In this document: piece by piece, positions 43,046 to 57,199 of the stretch
Numbering within the stretch: the stretch's first letter is position 1
How the letters are laid out: each line of letters opens with the position of its first letter
NCBI RefSeq assembly: GCF_009914755.1
Contig: NC_060940.1
DNA length: 64,000 nt
Source: the human T2T-CHM13v2.0 reference genome, Homo sapiens
Direction: 5' to 3' (one strand)
Program-made: the position numbers and the translations under genes
The notes under the pieces: model-generated
What the model was told of the DNA's origin: nothing
Databases searched by the model: none
Seen by the model: only the letters and a program-made list of their open reading frames with translations

Positions 43046-43092
<47 letters not shown>

Positions 43093-43112
43093 CACACACA
43101 CACATATATATA
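43046..43112. repeat. (AT)~21 plus (CA)n microsatellite at Alu tail
   Basis: Directly visible. Confidence 0.95.
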
Positions 43113-43438
<326 letters not shown>

Positions 43439-43867
43439 TAAATGGTCTGTTTAAATAGTAAGTAAATTTGCTTTTAACTTCTAGCAAAAACAATGAAGGA
43501 ATAATCAGGATCTTTTTTTTTTCTTTCTTTCCAATTTTGGCCCCAGGGGAAATGGTTAACAGAGTATTTCACTGTGTTTGTGGGTCCTGGTGACTTGTCT
43601 GGTTGAGATAATTCTGGTCACCCTTTGGCATGTCGACCTGTCCCAATTCATGTGGCAGAGCAAAGACGGGACTGGGCTTCAGCCTTTGGATGGTGGTGGT
43701 TGCATGGCGCTGCCTCTGTCCTTGTGGTTGCTAAACTCAAGACCCAGTGTATGGGCTGCTGCAGAATCATCTAAAGTTGCCTTCCCCACAACCTGTGGCC
43801 CAAAATGAGCTTCAGTAGGTACAGGGAGGACCACAGGAAGAACACATTGCATGTTTTTTATGACTAC

Positions 43868-44184
43868 TTTTTTTTTTTTTTTTTTTTGAGATGGAGTCTC
43901 CCTCTGTCGCCTTGGCTGGGGTGCAATGGTGTGATCCTGGTTCACTGCAACCTCCACCTCCCGGGTTCAAGCGATTCTCCTGCCTCAGCCTTCTGAGTAG
44001 CTGGGCATACAGGCATGCACCATCATGCCTGGTTAATTTTTTTTTTTAAGTAGAGATGGGATTTCGCATGTTGGTCAGGCTGATCTCGAACTCCTGACCT
44101 CAGGTTATCTGCCCACCTCAGCCATCCAAAGTGCTGTAATGTTCAAAGTGCTGGGATTACAGATGTGAGCCACTGTGCCTGGCC
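43868..44184 (-). mobile_element. AluS inserted at the end of an L1M
   Basis: ctcctgacctcaggttatc; TSD-like ga(c/t)tactttttt. Confidence 0.9.
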
Positions 44185-44189
44185 CAGAT

Positions 44190-44690
44190 TACTTTTTTAG
44201 AGCAGTTTTAGGTTGACAGCAAAACTTAGAGGAAGGTACAGAGATTCTCTATATGTCCTTACCCCCACACGTGTGTAACCTTCCCCATCATCAACATGGT
44301 TCACCAGATTGGTACATTTGTTACAATGATGAACCCACGTGGACACAGCATGATCACCCAAAGTCTGTAGTTTATTTATGTGAGGGTTTACTCTTGGTGT
44401 TGTACATTCTATGGGTTTGGACAAACGCATAATGACAAGGTTCCACCATTATAGTATCACGCAGAGTGGTTTCACAGCCCTAAAAATCCTCTGTTCCCCA
44501 CTTATTCATCCCTCTCCTAAGGCCTATCCTTGGAAAGCACTGATCTTTTTACTGTCTCCATAGTTTTGCCTTTTCCAGAATGTCATAGAGTTGGACTGAT
44601 ACCGTATGTAGGCTTTTCAGATTGGCTTCTTTCACTTAGCCGTGTGCATTTCAGGTTTCTCCATGCAACCTTGATAGCTCATTCTTTATT
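44190..44690 (-). mobile_element. L1MA/MB 3' end
   Basis: ttttagagcagttttaggttgacagcaaaa; actgtctccatagttttgccttttccagaatgtcata. Confidence 0.85.
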
Positions 44691-44902
44691 AGTGCACCCT
44701 GCATTTTTTTTTACTCTGAAGAATTTTCTGAATTATGTTTCCCTTTCCGCAAAATTTTTTTTAAAGAAAATCTGTTTCTTTAAACTTTTTGCCAGCAAAG
44801 GTCACCCTGAAATATATCCAACACACTCCTGAATCTAAACCTTTGTGCCTAGAAATCCTCCCCCTGACTCCTCACACCATCCTCCACACTTGACCTGTTA
44901 AA

Positions 44903-45540
44903 GCAGAAGTTAACAAGTCAAATGTCTGCTGGTGCCGGATCAGAGCACAGTTGAATGAAGCACGCGTATTGTAAGACAGGACCCACTCCTTGCCTGAAGT
45001 TCCTCAATCCAAAAGGCTCTGGGCACTGCAGGTTTGCTGAAAATGATTTGTGGCAAAACCTGTTCTGATCTGATCTATTTGGCAGCAAAACCTGCCCAGA
45101 ACAGATGAGAGTCTATTTAAAGCCTCTATTTATCCCCCTCAATGTGAGTATTTATACATTGTAGTATACAGATATTAGTGTGATTGATTAGGGGGGTACT
45201 GCCCTAGACCCACTTGGGGATAGAATATAATAGAATATGTGCACTGTATTACATCTCTAAAATATAAAAAATTGTGAATCTGAAGACATTGAACCCCGGA
45301 AGTTTGGATGAGGAATCAGGGACCTGCACAATAGGGAGTGGTGGGGACTGTGGAAAAGTGAATAGAATCCCTACAAAGTGCCAGGCAGCTAGGTGTCGAT
45401 GCTCAGGAAGGTGGGCCTGGTGTTGCCAGATCTTTTAATGCTTCCCAAAAGACAATAAAAACGCAGATATTGACATGCTGTCTCTTCCTGTTTTAAAAAT
45501 ACTGTGCAGACCACACAAAACCAGCCTGTTCATAGTTTCT
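44903..45540 (+). mobile_element. MER103C-like element split by a Tigger insertion
   Basis: ..tgtaaga|insert|cacaatagggagtggtggggactgtgg..tgttgccagatctt is continuous with recalled MER103C. Confidence 0.65.
44977..45326. mobile_element. TcMar-Tigger element (Tigger12/13-like)
   Basis: Degenerate TIRs caggacccactcc / ggaatcagggacctg; tggcagcaaaacctg motif. Confidence 0.55.
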
Positions 45541-45611
45541 TTGTCAGAATAACTCATTCTTGGCCTGAATCAAATGCTACCACTTTCAAAAGTGTTCCCA
45601 CATTCCCCATT

Positions 45612-46305
<694 letters not shown>

Positions 46306-46495
46306 GCATTCATCATTGATTTTCCCCTACCCCTATCCTAAGCAATAATGGCTTAATTTTATTCCATATTTACAGTATTATTATTCTTTTCTGTTGTTTT
46401 ATCTATGGTTATTGGGTAATTCACATACAGCCCTTAGCACAATGCCTGGGGCATGGTAAGGCATCTCTAATCAGTACTTATTAATATTCTTACCA

Positions 46496-46805
46496 GTTTT
46501 TAATTTTTATTTCTTTGAGACAGTTCTGTCACCCAGGCTGGAGTGTAGTGGCATGATCACAGCTCATCGCAGCCTTGACCTCCTGGGCTCAAGGGATCCT
46601 CCCACCTCAGTCTCCTGAGTAGCTGAGACCACAGGTGCATGCCACCACACTTGGCTAATTTTTATTTTTATTTCTATTTTTATTTTTGTAGAGACAAGGT
46701 CTCACTCTGTTGCCCAGGCTGGTCTTGAACTCCTGGCTCAAGCCATTCTCCTGCGTTGGCCTCCCAAAGTGCTGGGATTACAGGCATGAGCCACCGTGTC
46801 CAGCC
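46496..46805 (-). mobile_element. AluJ
   Basis: gatcacagctcatcgcagccttgacctcctgggctcaag. Confidence 0.9.
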
Positions 46806-47881
46806 TGTTGTCATTATTATTGTTATAATATTATCATTATATATTCTTCAGAACATAGACATGTCTTACCCATTTGTTATTTGATTATTTTTGGTAACAA
46901 ACCCTTAGGCTCCAAAGTCACAGAAGGAGAATATCTCTTGTCTGGGGGTGTCTTGGAGGGAGGGGTCCACCCAGATCCAGAACTCTGGGCAAGTTCTTTG
47001 TGTCTTGGTTTCTCAGTTTTTCTAAAGGTAAATCATCCTGTTTCTTCTCTACTTCCCCCTACACCATCATCTACACCCATATACACAGACACATAGACAC
47101 ACACACACACACACACACGGAAATGCCAGGTAATAATGTAATTAACCAAAAACACTATTACAGAAAGAGATAAAGAACAGAGATGCAAGAAAAGAAATGG
47201 GACTAAAATTGGCTTTTGGTGCAAAGAAGGTCAATTATTGAGGAGGGTGGTGATTTCAGGGCATCTCAAGGGAAAACGCAGCCATCCCAAACCCAGGGTG
47301 GCTGGAACATCTGGACTGCATGTAGCCAAGTGGATGAGGGTTGATTCAGAGATCTCGAGTTCAAATCTCAGCATCTTGACCCTGGACCTCTGTGTCCTCA
47401 GCTATAAAATGAAAATAATCAGCCTACCTTCTTCACAGCGTAGGCATGAGGAATGAGTGGACACACTCAGTAAATAAATGAGTAAATATGGGTAAATAGA
47501 AAATGCTAGCTATTACTGTTAATGATAGCACACAATCTGTCACCTCTCACTAAGTCATGGAACTGATCTTCAATTTATAATGTAATATCTCAGTGTCTTC
47601 AACTTAAGGGCGGTCATGAGATTCAGCTCTATATGCAATTATAGTGCTATGTATATAAGAGAACACTGCTATTAAAGTGGTATTCTTGTTTGAAATATTT
47701 TTCTAAATACAAATTTATCATATAACTTTGTTGAGGAGGAGAGAAGACTTTATAGGGGCTAATTGGACACATATCCTCAAGCAGGTCAGCCTGCCCAGCT
47801 CAAGGGGAAAAAGAAAGGAGGGCAGATTGTTTATTTATTATTTATTTATTAAGAGCAGATTGTTTTGAGAAGTCTTTTCGT

Positions 47882-48190
47882 GGCCAGGCGCAGTGGTTCA
47901 TGCTTGTAATCTCAGCACTTTGGGAGGTGCAGGAGGATTGCCTGAGCCCAGGAATTCTAGAAGAGCCTAGGTAACACGGTGAAACCCCATCTCTACAAAA
48001 AATACAAAAATTAGCCAGGCGTGGTGGTGCACACCTGTAGTCCCAGCTACTTGGGAGGCTGAGGTGGGAGGATTGCCAGGAGCCTAGGAGGCAGACATTG
48101 CAGTGAGCTGAGCTCTCGCCACTGCACTCCAGGCTGGGAGTGGACAAAGGGAGACCTTGTCTCAAAAAAAAAAAAAAAAGAGAGAAAGAA
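47882..48190 (+). mobile_element. AluJ
   Basis: ggccaggcgcagtgg..gaggattgcctgagcccagg..ccactgcactccag..gtctc + A tail. Confidence 0.88.
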
Positions 48191-49334
48191 AACTCTTCTT
48201 GGGGTGATTTCCACTTCCCAGTGGTTAGTTAATGTGTCCACAAGCAGATTTTTCCCTGGAGGGCTTAGTAATTTCTTAGTGCCTACACATATTGCTGAAT
48301 CCCACTCCTCATTTTTCTCATCTGTAGAATCGGGATATGAATAGTAGCTACTTCCTGGGATAGTTGTGAAAATTAAGTGAGCCCATATGTGGAAAAGGCT
48401 GAGAAGTGAGCACAAATGCCTGGCTCCTTTTGGCGCCACAGCAATGTTAGCTAGCATTCTGTTATCCTGCCTGGGGCTAGGCAGAGGTTCCAGGAACTTG
48501 GCTGTCTTTGGGATCTTCGAAAACTCTGCAGCTGCTATTATGGGGACTCCAAGAGTTGATCCAGACTGATTGGAAATAGTCTTGAGAATTGGTTATTTTC
48601 ATTTTTTAAAAATTCGCCTTCACTGGCCTTTGCCAGCCTTACCAATACCACTGAAATCTGCCCGGTGATTATCATAGGATAAAAGCTTTTATCATGAAAA
48701 GTTTTGTTTGAGAAAGCACGAACTGTGCTTCTCACTGTCGGCTTCCCTGCACGCAGGGATTCTGTCCACACTCCTACAAAGGCTGAGATTATCTCTCTCT
48801 GTTAAGGGTTTAAAATCCTACAAGCCAGCCATGCAAGTGACCAGTATCAGATTATGATAACAAGATCATGTTCAGTTATAAAAACAAGTGTCTAAACTTT
48901 TCTCATGTCACTTTCTCCCGGGGTCCCTTCTGAGAGGGAAGCTCAGCTCATTTTGAAGGCAGCGCTTTGAACTGAATTCATGGGGTATTTGCATAAGAAG
49001 ATTTGAGGTTGAAGAATGGCTGCTATTGCATCTGCCCATTAATATGCCTGCTAATTCAGCACATTGTAAGCCTATTGACAGCTCACAAAGGGCTCAAATT
49101 CAAGGACAGTTATCCTATGGCCATTGTGAGGGCTTCAATTCAAGGAATATGTTCGCTCGAGGAATACAGTTGTTACAATTAGATATTTTTCATGAAACAT
49201 TATAAAGAACTAATGACAACTAGAAGCACAATACTGCAACAACCACCAAAAAACATTCAGAACTCCATGAGCTTGACTCTGGTTCTCTCTCTCTCCCTGT
49301 CACATAATCTCCCCCACACTTATTTTCCTAGATG

Positions 49335-49860
49335 CAGTCGGCGGGTGATGGATAGAGATCTCCAAATTCGAAAGCGCATTTATCTTGCTCCCTAAATTTA
49401 AATAAAAAGCAAAATGAAATAAACAGATCTCGGCAGAAGGGGAGAAACCCACATCGCCGGCATAAATAGTGGTTAATTTAATCCCGTTTATGAAAAACGT
49501 CACACTGTCACCTCCGAGGAATATACAAAGCAATATTCGAGAGCAGAGATGAATTATTTGAGGGGGAGAAAGCTTATCTCTTTTCAGAGGCGGAGAAAAG
49601 GTGTTTATGTAGATCTAGGACAATTCAAAAACCAGGCAGAAAACGGTGCTCACGGTGGCCGTGTTCAGGCGGCTGGGGGCATTTTAAGTGAGAAAGTCGC
49701 CTCTCTTAGGAGGGAACTTGCAAAGGGCTGGGTCTGGAAGGCGGGCAGTGTAGCTGGGCTAGGGAGGCCGGCAGGAACTTTCTAAGAAACTCGGCTGAAA
49801 TGCGGTTTCCAGCGGGGTGTTTGTGAGCGGCGTGCCCAGGGACGCCTGGGATTGGGGACA
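49335..49860. promoter_or_regulatory. CpG-enriched candidate regulatory element
   Basis: Roughly 25 CpGs in ~520 bp of non-Alu DNA; cataaa/tttatg and ttaatttaat motifs. Confidence 0.45.
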
Positions 49861-50599
49861 TTGTCTCTGCATTGTGCTCAGCTCCCACTTGGCTGGCCAT
49901 TGTCACAGGGGCCCATCAAGCCCCTGGCCTGAGCACCGGTTGTATTTTTCTCACTCTACATCCCTCAGAAAAGACATCAAAGACCAGAGAGATGTGCTTT
50001 TCGCTTTGTTTGGTGTCTGATTCTCAACATGTGGTTTCCCGGGCCAAACTTCGGCACCTTTTAACCTATTCTGTTCAGCTTAGGCCTGAGCTGTATTTGA
50101 GCATTAGGGAAACTATAGTAACCGATAATCTGCCTGTTGCTGAAAAGAAACTATGTATCTTGTCACACAAGAGCTGTGGGACGATCATCGTCCTAGACGA
50201 GACCCTTTAGGGGCTCCCAGCTTTCTTTCCTGGGGCTCAGCCTGTGCCACTGAAAAGGCGTCAAAACCCTTTGCCTTTCTGGCACTGAAGACCCGTGTTC
50301 ATGTTCATTTATATTTATCAAATAAGGCATTGTCCTTTGCAACATACCAGCATTTGATTATGTATTACAAATGTTTTCATCAAGTCAGAAATGAGGCCTC
50401 TTAACAAAAGGTGGGGGGAAACTTTGGTGCAGCCCAGGGGTGGAGCAGAGACTGAGATTTCTTGGTGGGATTTTTGGGTTCTTCGGCAAGTAAGGCTGGA
50501 CCTATTGTACACAGTACCAACTGAAATTTTTAAGAAGTGCCAGGGGACCCCAATGCCGGATAGTTGAAGATGTGATTTAAATGACAAATCCAGACTGAG

Positions 50600-50845
50600 T
50601 GGCGTAGTGTGGGGTACCTGTTGAAAGTTCAGGCTCTGGAATCTCACTATGAGGGTGCAAATCCCACCTCTGGCTCTTTCTCGCTGTGCAACCCTGAGCA
50701 AGTCTCTTGGGGTCTCTGAACTTCCTGTTTCCTGGTCTTAAAAGAGGGATAATAACGGACCCTACATGGAAGGCCTGTTAGGAGGATTAGCTGAGCTAAT
50801 CCCTGTGACAGCACAGGGCCTGGCACACAGCAAGAGCTCAACAAG
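50600..50845 (+). mobile_element. MIR SINE
   Basis: caggctctggaatc..gcaaatcccacctct..accctgagcaagtc..gcacagggcctggcacacagcaagagctcaa. Confidence 0.75.
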
Positions 50846-51084
50846 GGCTGACTGCCAGTGTCATTTCATAGAGTACACTAATGAGCGCAGGAGCGGGGAC
50901 AGGCAACACCATGGCCAGGATCCAAATGGGTAAATAATTGCAGTAACAGTTATTATTATCACATTACATCTTTATTGATACTTCACTCTATTAAAGAAAT
51001 TTGTGTTAATTGTCAAAATAACTAAAATGATGAAGAAATGTAGAGCCTAGTAAACGAAAGTTTATAGGATCTCACCCTTCTGAG

Positions 51085-51215
51085 CAGGCAGAAAATTGGA
51101 GTGGGGCAATTGGTGCACACTGGGTGCAAAATTTTAGGAGACGTTGACTCTCAGAGTTGTGCAAGTGAAACTTTTTGCCCTAGGTACCTTGCTTGCCTCA
51201 ACTAGTCCCGGTTCA
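51085..51215. mobile_element. MER53-like hAT MITE fragment
   Basis: gggtgcaaaattttaggag..actctcag..gtgcaagtg..gccctaggtaccttgcttgcctc..ctagtcccgg. Confidence 0.6.
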
Positions 51216-51429
51216 GCTTCAGAGATAAGCTCTGGGAGAAGTTTCATTTGTTGGCTTGCAGAGGTTTTACATCCCATATACCAATACTGCATTATTATTG
51301 GCAACATGAGCTCACACCATGTGGACTGTTAGAGAGCTCACCCTTTCACTTACCCAACAGATTCTGGGCATCTTTCCCTGCTAAAAGGATATAAGGCCTG
51401 CCCCCATCTTTGTGTTGTTTTTCCTTCTT

Positions 51430-52092
<663 letters not shown>

Positions 52093-52665
52093 TAATAGCT
52101 TATGTTTTCTTGGATGGCTATTATGAGCTTGTGCTAAGAATCTTACACTGTATTGACTTATTTAATCTTTATAACAATCATATGGGGCTAGTAGGCATCA
52201 CTTCATCCCCATCTTACAGATAAGGAAACAGAAGTTAAGTAACTAGCCCATATCATTAAGTTATTAAGTGACAGAGTCCAGATGAGAACCCAGCCCACTT
52301 CCCAGAGCTCAAACATGAACACATGTGTGTGCGTACATATACACATACATTTTCAAACCAGCATCGTGCTCTGTCCATTGTTTTGGGACATCTTTCAGTT
52401 AGTTCAATGTAATATTTCAGCACTATCCTGTTGTCTGGAATGGGGAGTGACAGCAGTTTCATTTTAGTCCCACCCCACCCCACTCTCCCCACCTCAGTCT
52501 TTGTCTAAAGGTGGAATCCCACAGTCTCTGAGGCCCCAGGAATCACCCAGTCCAACCCAGTTACAGATGGAGAGGCTGAGGCACAGAGAGGGAGGGCAAG
52601 CTGCTTGCCCAAGATCACTGAGCATATTAAGTGGCCGTTCTGGGATAAGAAAAGGCCCAGGGCTC

Positions 52666-53424
52666 CATCAGAGAAATGCAAATCAAAACCACAATGAGAT
52701 ACCATCTCACACCAGTTAGAATGGCAATCATTAAAAAGTCAGGAAACAACAGGTGCTGGAGAGGATGTGGAGAAATAGGAACACTTTTACACTGTTGGTG
52801 GGACTGGAAACTAGTTCAACCATTGTGGAAGTCAGTGTGGCGATTCCTCAGGGATCTAGAACTAGAAATACCATTTGACCCAGCCAACCCATTACTGGGT
52901 ATATACCCAAAGGACTATAAATCATGCTGCTATAAAGGCACATGCACATGTATGTTTATTGCGGCACTATTCACAATAGCAAAGACTTGGAACCAATCCA
53001 AATGTCCAACAATGATAGACTGGATTAAGAAAATGTGGCACATATACACCATGGAATACTATGCAGCCATAAAAAATGATGAGTTCATGTCCTTTGTAGG
53101 GAAATGGATGAAGCTGGAAATCATCATTCTCAGCAAACTATCGCAAGGACAAAAAACCACACACTGCATGTTCTCACTCATAGGTGGGAATTGAACAATG
53201 AGAACACATGGACACAGGAAGGGGAACATCAAACTCTGGGGACTGTTGTGGGGTGGGGGGAGGGGGGAGGGATAGCATTAGGAGATATACCTAATGCTAA
53301 ATGACGAGTCAATGGGTGCAGCACATCAGCATGGCACATGTATACATACGTAACTAACCTGCACACTGTGCACATGTACCCTGAAACTTAAAGTATAATA
53401 ATAATAAAAAAATAAAATAAATAA
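52666..53424 (+). mobile_element. 5'-truncated L1PA (L1PA3-like)
   Basis: End of ORF2 plus 3'UTR (gatagcattaggagatatacctaatgctaaatgacgag); 19-bp TSD aagaaaaggcccagggctc at 52647-52665 and 53456-53474. Confidence 0.95.
52676..53194 (+). pseudogene. LINE-1 ORF2p C-terminal remnant (Cys-rich domain)
   Basis: [17 protein letters not shown]...[15 protein letters not shown]...MFSLIGGN is the L1 ORF2p terminus; no promoter or upstream ORF2. Confidence 0.93.
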
Positions 53425-53669
53425 GTAAAAGTTATTACAATGGGGGGGGGGGGGAAAGAAAAGGCCCAGGGCTCTCTTGCCATGTGCAACTGTGTCCACC
53501 CATTTGTTTGTTTAACAAGCACTTATTGAGTATCCACTGTATTCCAGGCACTGTGCTAAGCCCTGGTATACAAAGCCAACAAATCATGGGATCTACTCTA
53601 AAGAAGTTAGAGTCTCATTGAGGAGGTGGACACATAAATAAACAAGAATAGAGCACTCTGATAGGTTAA

Positions 53670-54057
53670 TGTATTAACCAGTTTGGGCTGCCATAAAAAA
53701 ATACCGTAGACTGGATACTTAGCAGAAATTTATTTCTCATGGTTCTGGAGACTGGCAAGTCCAAGGTCAAGGTGCCAGCTGATTGGTTTTCTGGTGAGAG
53801 CTCTCTTACTGTCTTACAGACTGCTGCCTTCTCACTGTCCTCATGTGGCCTTTTCTCCATGAACATGCATGGAGAGGGAGACTTTTTTCTCTCCCTCTTC
53901 CTTTACTTATAAGGCCACAAATTCTATTGAATTAGGACCCCACTTTTATGCCCTCATTTAACTACCTCCTTAGAGGCCGTACCTCCAAATACAATCATAT
54001 TAGGGGTTAGGGCTTCAACATACATATTTTGCGGAGTATGCAATTCAGTCCACAGCA
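53670..54057 (-). mobile_element. MaLR LTR (MLT1A-like)
   Basis: cagaaatttatttctcatggttctggagactggcaagtccaaggtcaaggtgccagc; gggttagggcttcaacata. Confidence 0.85.
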
Positions 54058-55577
54058 AAATAAAAATCGTAATAATAATAATAGCTTGCATTTGATAATA
54101 ACTTCTTATGTGCTAGGCATGAGGCTAAGCACTTTGTATACATGATGTCATTCAACCTGCACAGCAACCAATGAGGTCAGAACTATAGTCATCCCCATTT
54201 TACAGAGGAGTTCATTGAGCCCCCATAGAGAGATTAGGTAAATTGCCTAAGGACACACGGAGTAACTCCAGAAACCCCCACTGTTGGCCAGTCCTTGGGT
54301 AAGGGTGGAAAAGTTTCAAGAAGGAGGCGATTCCTGAGAGAAATTTTGAAAGACTGGCAGGAACAAGTGTCCTCAAGCTGAGGCCAGCCTGCATTCCTTC
54401 CCTTTGGACTGCAACTACAAAGCATGATGTTTATTCCCCCAACCCACCTTTGCCTTTAAAAAGTTCATAACTGCAGCCCCGTTGGGGGAAATGCTGCATT
54501 TGCAACAAAGTCCCTGGGCCCCAAACTTAAGTTTGCCTGCATTAAGTGCTTTCCCAGTGGCCCGCCACCCCCTGGCAACTGGCCGCCTTCTGCTTTTGAC
54601 AGCTTGGCATATTTGGTCATTTACCGGGTGCATGTGAAGATCAAATGGGTTAAGATTCTTCTCTTTAAACAGCAGGGAAAAGAACATCAAAAAGGTGTAC
54701 ATTTCATTTCCCCAGTTTTGATTAAGTCAAGCATGAAATGAAATGTAATACCCTCAAGTGGCCGGGGTTTATACCATTGAAGTCGTTACTTCTGCTTCAG
54801 GAGGTCCAATCAGCCCTGGGCAAGGGGAACAAGCTAACAGAGTTTTAGGGTGGCCAGATGGACGGGGTTTACCATGGTTGAAAAGGCAGCTTAGTGCTTG
54901 CCTCTTCAAGCCAACTGTGTGAAATCCTGGTGTGGGCCCTTCCCCTCCCGGCTCGCCCTCCCGTAGCCCCCGCCCCCTTGCCTCCCTCTCCGTCCATTCG
55001 GGGCCAGCGGCCCAGAGGCTGGAGTGGTCACCTCCTGGATGCCACACCATCCATGGCTGCTCTGCCTGTGATCCTCCTGCTGCAACAGGCCGCAGGGTGC
55101 CCCTGGAATGTCTGCTGGGACAGAGTTGGCCCAAGAAGGAATTGGAATTCTAGGCAAGATAAAAAGACTTGATTCTTGGATGACTCTTTCTAGAACTCAT
55201 GAACAAATTATTATTGCATGGGAGGAGGGATGGGTACCCCTGTGTGCCTGGTCTGGTGCTAGGCCCTAAAAATGTAAACCTAGCCACCTGGCTTTATTTG
55301 GGCTAGCAAAATCCTGTGAAGTCAGACTCGAGTGTTAAATAAAGATATAAAGGCTGCCCCCCAGGGCTCACCAACTGACTCAAAGAATCAGAGAAACTCT
55401 TTGCAGGTAGAAGCCATTTTATCTATTGGCCCCAGGCCCACTTTTTGATGGCCCATGGAATGATTGTCCATCTGAAAACAAAATTACAGTATTGGGTTAA
55501 GAACATAAAAAGAAAAACCACAAGATTAAATTTATGAAATGGTTAATTAAATATCTAAAGAGGTAGGATTGTGTCTG

Positions 55578-56424
55578 TGTTACAGGAAAGGGGTCCCAAT
55601 CCAGACCCCAAGAGAGGGTTCTTGGATCTCCGGCAAGAAAGCATACAAGGCGAGTCTGCAGTGCAAAGTAAACGCAAGTTTATTAAGAAAAGAAAGTGGT
55701 GGGCTGGGCGCGGTGGCTCATGCCTGTAATCCCAGCACTTTGGGAGGCCGAGGCGGGCGGATCACGAGGTCAGGAGATCGAGACCATCCTGGCTAACACA
55801 GTGAAACCTGGTCTCTACTAAAATTCCAAAAATTAGCCTGGCGTGGTGGCGGGCGCCTGTAGTCCCAGCTACTCAGGAGGCTGAGGCAGGAGAATGGAGT
55901 GAACCCAGGAGGCGGAGCTTGCAGTGAGCGGAGATTGCGCCACTGCACTCCAGCCTGGGAGACAGGGCGAGACTCTGTCTCCAAAAAAAAAAAAGAAGAA
56001 AGGAAGTGGTGAAAGAACAGCTACTCCATAGACACAGTGGGATATTCCCTAAAGTAAGAGGAGGAACGCGTCCACCCTTGGTACAATGCTCATATATAAA
56101 CAGGATAAAAAAGATCACGGGGAGATGTGTTCTGCTACAAGCATTTGTGATAAAGAATTAATTTTCTTAATTACTATATTTTGCAAGAATCAATACTATT
56201 ATCTTTAAAGCAAAATTAGGAATGCCTTTGTTCTCAAGATATCGAGATATTAGGACATTCCCAAGTCTGGGTCTGTTTAGTAAACATGATCAATTTCTTT
56301 TCTTAAGTGTAAACATCTAGAGGCTAGGAATACCTAACTTTCTGGAATGCAGCCCAGCAAGTCCCAGCCTCATTTTCTAACCTTCACCCAAGAAGGAGTC
56401 ACTCTGGTTCGAATGCCTCTGACA
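55578..56424 (-). mobile_element. ERV1 solo LTR (MER41 family, C/D-like) with nested AluY
   Basis: tgttacaggaaaggggtcccaatccagaccccaagagagggttcttggatctc...ctctggttcgaatgcctctgaca; 4-bp TSD tctg at 55574 and 56425. Confidence 0.88.
55702..55995 (+). mobile_element. AluY
   Basis: gatcacgaggtcaggagatcgagaccatcctggctaacac; ggcggagcttgcagtgag; imperfect TSD aagaaa..aagtggtg. Confidence 0.94.
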
Positions 56425-56542
56425 TCTGAACCCTAACCCTTGGCTGATGACATCTAAATAATGAAGAATAAACCAGAAGAACAAAATGAATCATTTATTC
56501 TCACTAAAGCAGAACTGGAAATGACTGAAATATTCTTAAAAT

Positions 56543-56892
<350 letters not shown>

Positions 56893-57199
56893 TCACCTTC
56901 TTAAAATGCTTATAGAAAAAATTTTGGAGTAAAGAAGGTTATATTTAATGTGAGATATGGAAGCATTTTATATATTTGATAGACTCTGAGAGGGAGCTCC
57001 CAGATTTAAAGTTTGGGGATCTGGTGGGATTTGAACACAACTCCACTAATTATCAGCAGGCCACTTCTGAGCAGGGTGCTGCAGTCCCAGGGCTGAAATA
57101 ATCAACTAGGGTCTTTCTTAGGCTGGAACAGACCCATTTTCCAGAGGTGCCTTCGGGAGGTTCTACTCCACGCCCAGCTGAAATCTCCAGGCTCTCAAC

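Noticed and set aside
50427-50446. CTCF site
   Set aside because: Poor match in the 5' half of the core
52676-53194. 172-aa ORF as a functional gene
   Set aside because: It is the tail of L1 ORF2 in a 5'-truncated copy
55578-56424. Interferon-inducible MER41B-type STAT1 enhancer
   Set aside because: Internal sequence is not MER41B-like and I see no tandem TTCNNNGAA sites
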